Shown piece after piece: positions 25,314-32,000 of a stretch of 32,000 nt of DNA. Numbering within the stretch: the stretch's first letter is position 1; each line of letters begins with the position of its first letter. A program made the translations under genes and the position numbers. The stretch spans positions 1 to 32,000 of the forward strand of contig DAOPNM010000001.1 in the NCBI GenBank assembly GCA_035357435.1. The letters are read 5' to 3'. The notes beneath the pieces are model-generated. The model was not told the DNA's origin. It worked only from the letters and a program-made list of their open reading frames with translations, and made no database searches. Source of the DNA: an archaeon (GTDB taxonomy: Archaea > Iainarchaeota > Iainarchaeia > Iainarchaeales > CSSED10-239).

Positions 25314-27821
25314 ATGCAGGATCAATTACTTACCCCTATGATGAAACAGTATCTTCAAGTAAAAAAGCAATATCCTGACGGTATTCTTTTATTTAGGGCT
25401 GGGGATTTTTATGAAATGTTTTATGATGATGCAAAAGTTGCATCAGAAATACTAAATATTACATTAACAAAAAGAGGGAAAGGCAAAACAGAAGCTCCAT
25501 TAGCAGGGATTCCTTATCATTCAGTAGACCCTTATATTTCAAAACTTATAAAACATGGGAAAAAAGTAGTTATTTGTGAACAGATTGAAGATCCCAGATT
25601 TGCAAAAGGTGTTGTGAAACGTGCAGTTTCAAGAATTATTACACCAAGTTCTTTGTTTACAGATGCTTATGAAAATAATTTTTTGTGTTCTATTTCTTTA
25701 ATTAATGGGGTTTATGGTTTTTCTATATTAGATATAACTACTGGTGATTTTAAAGTTAAAGCAATGGATGGTATAGATGAGTTATTAAATGAATTAACTT
25801 TAATTAAACCAAAGGAATTGGTTCTTACAAAGAATATTTTAAAAAATTCAGATTTAATTGATTTAATTAAAAAAACAATTCCTAATGTTATTATTAATTA
25901 TTCAGAGAATATAGATGTATCTAAATCTTATGAGTTATTAAAAAATCATTTTAATTTACATAGTTTAGAAAGTTTTGGTTTAGAAAATAGGCCTGAATTA
26001 ATAGTTTCTGCACAAAATGCTTTACAGTATTTGAAAGAAACACAGTTTTCTGATTTAAGTTATATTACGACTATTACTCAACTTAATACAGATAAATATT
26101 TAAAATTAGATAGAAAAACTGCACGTCATTTAGAGCTTGTGAATAATTTAAGAGACAATTCTGTAAAATATACTCTTTTCCACACAATAAATAATACAAA
26201 GACACCAATGGGACATAGGAAGTTATATTTTGATATCTTGCATCCATTTTCTGATATTAATTTTCTTAATATGCAATTAGATTGTGTAGATGAGCTTTTT
26301 AATAATGTTTTTATGCAGCAGGAACTTTCTAATTTATTAGTTTATGTTGGTGATATAGACAAAATTATTAGTAAGATTGGTTTTGGGAATGCAAATCCAA
26401 GAGATTTAATTGCATTAAAGCAAAGTTTATTTATTTTGCCACAAATAAAGCAGGCATTATCTAAATCTAGTTCTGTTAGGTTAAAGTTTATTTTTGAGAA
26501 TTTAATTGAATTGAATGACGTTGTAGATCTTTTAGAAAAAGCAATTGTTGATGACCCTCCATTTAGTGTAAGAGAAGGTAAATTTATTAAACCTAGTTTT
26601 TCTCAAGAATTAAGTGATATCATAAATTTACATAAAACTATAAATTCTTGGTTGCTTGAATATGAAGAAAAGTTAAGGCAAGAGACCAATATTAAATCTC
26701 TTAAAATAAAATATAATAAAGTTTTTGGGTATTATATAGAAATTCCAAAGTCTCAAACAAAAACAATTCCTGATTTTTTTGAAAGAAAACAAACATTAGT
26801 TAATTCTGAAAGGTATACAACAAAAGAATTACAAGACAAAGAAAATACTTTGTTAAATACAAAAGAAAAAAGGGTTGTATTGGAGTTTGAGATTTTTCAA
26901 AATGTTTGTAAACAATTATTGTCTTTCCAAGAGAATATTTTAAATATTTCTAAACTGCTTGCTGATTTGGATGTGTGTTTGTCTCATGCAATTACAAGTA
27001 GTTTAAATAATTATTGTAAACCAGCATTAACAGAAAACGATATTATTTTTTTTAAAGATTTAAGGCATCCTGTTTTGGAAAAAATAATTTCTTTTATACC
27101 TAATGATTGTTATTTAAATAATACTACGCAAAGAACAATGGTAATTACTGGCCCTAACATGGCTGGGAAAAGCAGTTATATGAGAAGCGTATGTCTTGCA
27201 GTAATTCTTGGACACATTGGGTGCTTTGTGCCTTCTTCTGAGGCAATAATTGGTAAAGTAGATGGTATATTTACGCGTGTTGGTGCATCAGATGACATAT
27301 TACATGGGCAAAGTACTTTTTTGACAGAAATGTCAGAGGTTGCATATATTTTAAATAATGCCACACAAAATAGTCTTGTTGTTTTAGATGAAATAGGTAG
27401 AGGGACAAGCACCTATGATGGTTTGAGTTTGGCTTGGGCTATTGTTGAAGAGTTGAATAATAATATTAAATGTAAAACACTTGTTGCAACACATTATCAT
27501 TTATTAAATAAAATGGAGGAGTTATATGAAGGGGTTGTAAATTATCATGTAACTGCAAAAGAAGAAGGTAATTCTTTATTATTTTATCATAAACTTCAAA
27601 AAGGCGGGATTAACAAAAGTTATGGTATACAAGTTGCAAAAATGGCAGGCATTTCAAATAAGGTAATAGAACGTGCAATGTTAATACAAAGAGATTTAGA
27701 GGAAGATGCTTTTTTGAAGACAGATACAAATGTTTCTGTTAAATCAGGTGATGCTAATAAAAAACAAGATCTGAAAAATGTTTTGTTTAAGAAAGAGCAA
27801 AAAACAATTTATGATTATTGA
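25314..27821 (+). CDS. mutS: DNA mismatch repair protein MutS (bacterial MutS1 type)
   Basis: N-terminal mismatch-binding domain (TPMMKQYLQVKKQYPDGILLFRAGDFYEMF, with Phe-x-Glu), Walker A GPNMAGKSSY, DEIGRGTSTYDG and a C-terminal HTH region. I prefer the ATG at 25314 to the track's GTG at 25305. Confidence 0.93.
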   Translation: MQDQLLTPMMKQYLQVKKQYPDGILLFRAGDFYEMFYDDAKVASEILNITLTKRGKGKTEAPLAGIPYHSVDPYISKLIKHGKKVVICEQIEDPRFAKGVVKRAVSRIITPSSLFTDAYENNFLCSISLINGVYGFSILDITTGDFKVKAMDGIDELLNELTLIKPKELVLTKNILKNSDLIDLIKKTIPNVIINYSENIDVSKSYELLKNHFNLHSLESFGLENRPELIVSAQNALQYLKETQFSDLSYITTITQLNTDKYLKLDRKTARHLELVNNLRDNSVKYTLFHTINNTKTPMGHRKLYFDILHPFSDINFLNMQLDCVDELFNNVFMQQELSNLLVYVGDIDKIISKIGFGNANPRDLIALKQSLFILPQIKQALSKSSSVRLKFIFENLIELNDVVDLLEKAIVDDPPFSVREGKFIKPSFSQELSDIINLHKTINSWLLEYEEKLRQETNIKSLKIKYNKVFGYYIEIPKSQTKTIPDFFERKQTLVNSERYTTKELQDKENTLLNTKEKRVVLEFEIFQNVCKQLLSFQENILNISKLLADLDVCLSHAITSSLNNYCKPALTENDIIFFKDLRHPVLEKIISFIPNDCYLNNTTQRTMVITGPNMAGKSSYMRSVCLAVILGHIGCFVPSSEAIIGKVDGIFTRVGASDDILHGQSTFLTEMSEVAYILNNATQNSLVVLDEIGRGTSTYDGLSLAWAIVEELNNNIKCKTLVATHYHLLNKMEELYEGVVNYHVTAKEEGNSLLFYHKLQKGGINKSYGIQVAKMAGISNKVIERAMLIQRDLEEDAFLKTDTNVSVKSGDANKKQDLKNVLFKKEQKTIYDY

Positions 27822-27827
27822 GAATGT

Positions 27828-29561
27828 ATGATTCATATAAAAAAATTGTCATTAGATACAATAAATTTGATTAGTGCAGGTGAAGTTATTGAATCCCCTG
27901 CAGATGTTTTAAAGGAGTTATTAGAGAATTCTATAGATGCGGGTTCTACAGATATTAATGTTGAAGTAAAGGGGGCCGGTGTTGATTTAATTCTAATTAA
28001 AGATAATGGTTCTGGTATTTCAAAAGAGGATTTGCCATTAAGTATAGAAAGACACGCCACAAGTAAATTGTTGTCAATTAATGATTTGTTTAGTTTAGAA
28101 AGTTATGGGTTTAGAGGTGAAGCATTAGCAAGTATAAATGCAGTTTCAAAGTTGTCAATTATTAGTTCTATAGATACTTCTGGTAAAGGATATCTTTTAG
28201 AGAATGGTGTTATTAAGGAAGTTAGTGCAAATAAGGGTACTGCAATCATAGTAAAAGATTTATTTTATAATTTGCCTGTAAGAAAAAAATTTTTAAAATC
28301 AAAATCTTTTGAATTTTCTAGTTTGTACAATGTTTTTTTAGCATATGTTTTATCTAATCCTAATATTAGATTTACATTTGTTTCAGAAAAAAGAAATGTG
28401 GTTTTCCCAGAGTCTACTCAAGAGAATAGATTTATCCAAGTTTTTGGGAAGGATGTTTTATCTAAAACATTGCCAGTAAATATTTCTAATGATTTGTTTA
28501 ATGTTCAAGGAATAATAAGTAATCCAAAAAATTTATTTTATTACCCTACTAATTTTTTATATATTAATAAAAGGTTTGTATACTCTCCACAAATTTATAA
28601 AGCAATTGCCAGTGCATATAAAGATTATTTAATGGTCCAACAAAAACCATTTTTTGTTTTGTCTTTTATTTTAGATAAACATACTGTTGATGTAAATGTA
28701 CACCCTAAAAAGAAAGAAGTAAAATTACAGAATGGGCTACTGGTTTTAATGGAATTTAAAAAAGAGTTAACAAAATTGTTTAATGAATCAAATTTTGGTG
28801 GCCAAAATAATGCATCTTATATTAAACCATTAGATAATTTTTCTATTTTAGAGAAGGCCCCTTTTTTTATAAAAGACGGGTTAGCTAATAAATCTAATAT
28901 GGCTTATAATAGTTATTCTACAAATTTCTCTGCCCAAACATATTTTACAGATCAAACAGTAGATAAGCAATTAGTTTTAAATGGGCACATTATTACAAAA
29001 ATTTTTGGGCAAATAGATAACACATATATACTTTGTGAAACAAAAGATGGTTTTTTAATAATTGATCAACACGCTGCTGATGAAAGAATTAATTTAGAAA
29101 AGAACAGAAAAGTTTTTGAAACAAATTTTGAAAAGCAGAATTTGGTTGTAAAGAAACCATTAGTTAATTTGTCTGATTATCAGAAAGAGATTATTACAAA
29201 GTATATGTCTATTTTTAATAAACTTGGTTTTGATTTTTCATTTGTTGAAGATAATATTTATTTGATTTCTATTCCTTCTTTTTTAAATAATTATTTTGAT
29301 ACCACTTTCTTTTTAGATCTGTTAGCATCATTTGAGGAGGGAGATGTAGATACAATAGATGTTGCAAAAGACAGAATTATAAAATTAATGTCTTGTAAGC
29401 AATCAGTTAAAGCAAATCACCCTCTTTTTTATCCAGAGATTGTTGCATTGATTAATAATTTAGAATCGTGTAAAGATAAAACAATTTGTGCACATGGCAG
29501 ACCAACAATGGTTTTTGTTTCTATATCAGATTTAGAGAAGATGTTTAAAAGAGTTGTTTAG
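27828..29561 (+). CDS. mutL: DNA mismatch repair protein MutL (endonuclease-proficient type)
   Basis: GHKL ATPase motifs (ELLENSIDAG, DNGSGI, GFRGEAL). The C-terminal domain carries DQHAADERINLE (DQHA(x)2E(x)4E), SCK and CAHGRPT metal-site motifs. Confidence 0.93.
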   Translation: MIHIKKLSLDTINLISAGEVIESPADVLKELLENSIDAGSTDINVEVKGAGVDLILIKDNGSGISKEDLPLSIERHATSKLLSINDLFSLESYGFRGEALASINAVSKLSIISSIDTSGKGYLLENGVIKEVSANKGTAIIVKDLFYNLPVRKKFLKSKSFEFSSLYNVFLAYVLSNPNIRFTFVSEKRNVVFPESTQENRFIQVFGKDVLSKTLPVNISNDLFNVQGIISNPKNLFYYPTNFLYINKRFVYSPQIYKAIASAYKDYLMVQQKPFFVLSFILDKHTVDVNVHPKKKEVKLQNGLLVLMEFKKELTKLFNESNFGGQNNASYIKPLDNFSILEKAPFFIKDGLANKSNMAYNSYSTNFSAQTYFTDQTVDKQLVLNGHIITKIFGQIDNTYILCETKDGFLIIDQHAADERINLEKNRKVFETNFEKQNLVVKKPLVNLSDYQKEIITKYMSIFNKLGFDFSFVEDNIYLISIPSFLNNYFDTTFFLDLLASFEEGDVDTIDVAKDRIIKLMSCKQSVKANHPLFYPEIVALINNLESCKDKTICAHGRPTMVFVSISDLEKMFKRVV

Positions 29562-30733
29562 AATCTAACTAACCAAATATATAATATTATCATTATTCCA
29601 ATTAATATACACAAAATGATTGTTTCGTTTTTATTTTCTGCCATAGAGTTTATTGTGTTTGTTTCTGTTACTATGCTTTTTGTATTTGTGTTTTCTTTAT
29701 ATGTTATGTTGAAATATAGAGGGAATTCTCCAGTTTCTGTAGTTTTTATTTTAAAAGGGATACTTATTGTATCTCTCCCTTTTAATATAGGTATTTCTTG
29801 TGAATCCATTAAGATGTTTCCATTAAATTCTGGGATGATATATATGCTGTTTAATTCTTTTTCGGAAATGTTTCTAATTATTAGTTTCCCATTTGTTTCT
29901 TGATTTTTTATAGTGTTTGTAGGAACATCTGTGTATGCTTGTATTTTTGTATCTGGGTCTTGTATTTCAATAACTTGTTGTTTTGTATATATTATGTGTG
30001 TTTCTCCAAATTCATCAGTGTATTTTAATATTGCCCTTGGTGTAATGTATGATGTTTGTTTTGTTGGTTTTATATAATATGATAACTCTTTTGTTTCTCC
30101 TGCTTTTATTATTCCAGAATATTCTGTAGTTCCAGATATGTTTTCTAAATTTGATAGTTCTAAGAATATTTCTTTTGCATTTATTATTTCTATGTTTGCA
30201 TCGTCATACCCGCTGTTTGTAACATGTATTTGAATAGTCAATATGTTTTGTGTGTAATCATATTCTGAAAGTGTTTGATAAAAATCCATTTCATTAAATT
30301 TTGGTAATAAGTAGTTCCCAATTTTACTTTCTTTTGAGATAATTAGTTCTGGCAAGAATTTGTTGTTTACACATATTGTTAGTGTGTTTTTCTTTTGCAA
30401 ATTTATATTTTCTTTTTTAAATATGTTGTTTTCTTTTATATTTTTGTCTTTTATTTCTCCAATTTTTTCATTATTTAGATAAATGTTTATTTCTACGCCT
30501 GAGTTTATTGGTATATAATTTTTTATTTTTATTTGTGTTACAAATGTAGCATTTTCTGTTGTGTTTAGTTCATTAAAATCATAGTTTTTACATATGTTTG
30601 TGTCTTTTACAAAACTAAAATCATTCTCTCCTAGTTCATAAAATGTTTTTTCATCTATACTTGCAGCGTGTATGGTGCTTGTAAAAAATATGAGTGTAAA
30701 TATAATTAATATTATTTTATTTTGGTTTTTCAT
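29558..30733 (-). CDS. Predicted secreted, C-terminally membrane-anchored surface protein (beta-rich, CARDB/S-layer-domain-like)
   Basis: 391 aa. N-terminal signal peptide (IILIIFTLIFFTSTIHAAS) and a C-terminal TM helix (IILCILIGIMIILYIWLVRF). The middle shows alternating beta-strand-like patterns. Its stop overlaps the mutL stop by 4 nt (convergent genes). Confidence 0.55.
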   Translation of the reverse strand: MKNQNKIILIIFTLIFFTSTIHAASIDEKTFYELGENDFSFVKDTNICKNYDFNELNTTENATFVTQIKIKNYIPINSGVEINIYLNNEKIGEIKDKNIKENNIFKKENINLQKKNTLTICVNNKFLPELIISKESKIGNYLLPKFNEMDFYQTLSEYDYTQNILTIQIHVTNSGYDDANIEIINAKEIFLELSNLENISGTTEYSGIIKAGETKELSYYIKPTKQTSYITPRAILKYTDEFGETHIIYTKQQVIEIQDPDTKIQAYTDVPTNTIKNQETNGKLIIRNISEKELNSIYIIPEFNGNILMDSQEIPILKGRDTISIPFKIKTTETGEFPLYFNITYKENTNTKSIVTETNTINSMAENKNETIILCILIGIMIILYIWLVRF

Positions 30734-30840
30734 AGTTTTCCCTCATAGATCTGTTTTTGTTGTGTTGATGTGATTATGATTAATAATATATAATAACAAA
30801 TATATTTAAAAATTGAATTTAATATTTGGTTTTAGTAAAT

Positions 30841-32000
30841 TTATGTGTGTCTTATTACTTTCATTCTTTTTTCTTGATAGTCTATCTTTTTTTTCTTTTT
30901 TGAGTTGTCTGCTCTAAAAAAGAAGTACATTATCAAAAAAATACATAAAATTATTCCGACTGTTGCAATTTGAATGTTTTTTTGATTTTTTTGTGGTTCT
31001 TTTACTGTTGCATTTGATAATAATGAAATTGCAGTTAAGTATTTTCCTTTATTATATTCTTCTTTTGCATTTTCTATTAATGTATCTATTTCTTTATTTT
31101 TGTAAATTTTGTTTTCTTCAATTTTTTTGTCTATTGTTTGTTGTGCATCTTTCTTTATTTGATTATATCCTTTTTCTAATAGGTTTTTCTCCTCATATAT
31201 CTCTTTTAATCTGGTTGTTGTTTCTGGAGAGATTGCATCTATTATTTTTAAATATTCTTTTTTTGAGTATGCTTCTTTTAATTCAGTAAGTTCGTTGTCT
31301 AATGTTGCTGTATCTAGAAATTTGATTTTTTTTTCTAATCGTTCTGCATCTGTTGTTGTAATTGGTGGGAAGTAGTTTATGTCATATATTTCTTGAAGTG
31401 TATATTCTTCAAATATATAATACACTTTTTCTATTAGTTCGTTTATTTCTTTTACATCCAATCCTTCCATAATTTGTGTAATTTCTGAATATATTCTTTT
31501 TGCATTTTTTTCTATCTCTCCATTTATTTTTTTATCTATTTCTGGAATTAATGTCTCTTCTTTTTTTTCTATAAGTTCATTGATTAGTTTGTTGGTTTCA
31601 GGGGAGTTAAGATCATATTCTTCTAAAATATTTTTATAATACACTATATTTTTGTCTATATTTTGTTTTGTTTCTTCAATTTTTTGTTCTTTGTTTGCTT
31701 CTTGTTTTAATTTTATGTTTAATATTTTGTTGTATGCCTCTTGTATGTTGTTATATTTTATTTCATCAATTCCATTTATTTCTTGTTTGTCTTCTGTTGA
31801 TAAATTCATTTTGTTTAATTCTTCAAGTGTTATAAAATATTGCTCTTCAATTGTTTCTAGTTTTTGTTCTAGCGTTTTTATTTCTTCTATTTTTGGTTGA
31901 TAGTTATATATTTGTTTTATTTCTTCAATAGTGTATTGTTCTTTCCACTGAATGTTTTTAGATTCTTTAAAATATTCATTTGCTAGATTTTGTATTTCTT
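30841..32000 (-). CDS. Coiled-coil protein with a C-terminal TM anchor; 5'-partial (frame stays open to the window edge)
   Basis: The track calls 30841-31809 from an internal Met. I translated the same minus-strand frame from 31810 to 32000 and found no stop (...EIQNLANEYFKESKNIQWKEQYTIEEIKQIYNYQPKIEEIKTLEQKLETIEEQYFITLEELNK-MNLS...). It is E/K/I-rich with heptad-like character, followed by the TM segment IATVGIILCIFLIMYFFF and a basic tail. Confidence 0.5.
   Translation of the reverse strand, partial: EIQNLANEYFKESKNIQWKEQYTIEEIKQIYNYQPKIEEIKTLEQKLETIEEQYFITLEELNKMNLSTEDKQEINGIDEIKYNNIQEAYNKILNIKLKQEANKEQKIEETKQNIDKNIVYYKNILEEYDLNSPETNKLINELIEKKEETLIPEIDKKINGEIEKNAKRIYSEITQIMEGLDVKEINELIEKVYYIFEEYTLQEIYDINYFPPITTTDAERLEKKIKFLDTATLDNELTELKEAYSKKEYLKIIDAISPETTTRLKEIYEEKNLLEKGYNQIKKDAQQTIDKKIEENKIYKNKEIDTLIENAKEEYNKGKYLTAISLLSNATVKEPQKNQKNIQIATVGIILCIFLIMYFFFRADNSKKKKKIDYQEKRMKVIRHT

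Noticed and set aside
27203-27215. AATTCTTGGACAC, a 12/13 match to the 3'-end motif, inside the mutS coding sequence (codons for A-V-I-L-G-H-I).
   Set aside because: It sits in a conserved region just after the Walker A of MutS, where the sequence is constrained by the protein. It has no intergenic context and no T-tract after it. I treat it as coincidental, but it is worth including in a genome-wide count.

Overview
This is a very AT-rich archaeal chromosomal fragment (I estimate roughly 25-30% G+C by eye, not computed). It is densely coded with short intergenic spacers. The gene content is RFC small subunit, TFE-alpha, aTrm56, CDC48, a pilin with a class III signal peptide, a XerA-like recombinase and an initiator tRNA with A1:U72. 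That set suggests a small-genome, DPANN-like archaeon; this is inference, since no rRNA is present in the window. Order of features: (1) a minus-strand Epd/Tad-like type IV pilus operon (ATPase, two half-size platform proteins, a 62-aa Flp-sized pilin) directly downstream of rfcS; (2) housekeeping plus-strand genes (membrane ORFan, archaeal MtaB-type methylthiotransferase, glmS, membrane ORFan, Lrp/AsnC, topA, cdc48); (3) a minus-strand nucleotide module cobO-nrdJ-pyrG-csp; (4) a XerA-like tyrosine recombinase followed by an even more AT-rich 2.3-kb ORFan islet that ends at tRNA-iMet; (5) trm56-tfe-tRNAiMet; (6) a tRNA-Lys/Lys/Phe cluster followed by bacterial-type mutS-mutL; (7) two convergent predicted surface or membrane-anchored proteins, the last one open to the window edge. 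No CRISPR array, rRNA, transposase or recognisable defence gene was found. Four non-coding signals stand out. First, a 13-nt motif ATTTCTTGGACAC recurs 5 times, plus 2 variants, always intergenic and always in sense orientation just 3' of a gene. Second, a 25-bp imperfect inverted repeat brackets a 0.7-kb cassette exactly between the recombinase stop codon and the next ORF's start codon. Third, phased GTAATTAC palindromes form an array upstream of an ORFan with a possible wHTH. Fourth, two tandem duplications lie in promoter-proximal spacers.
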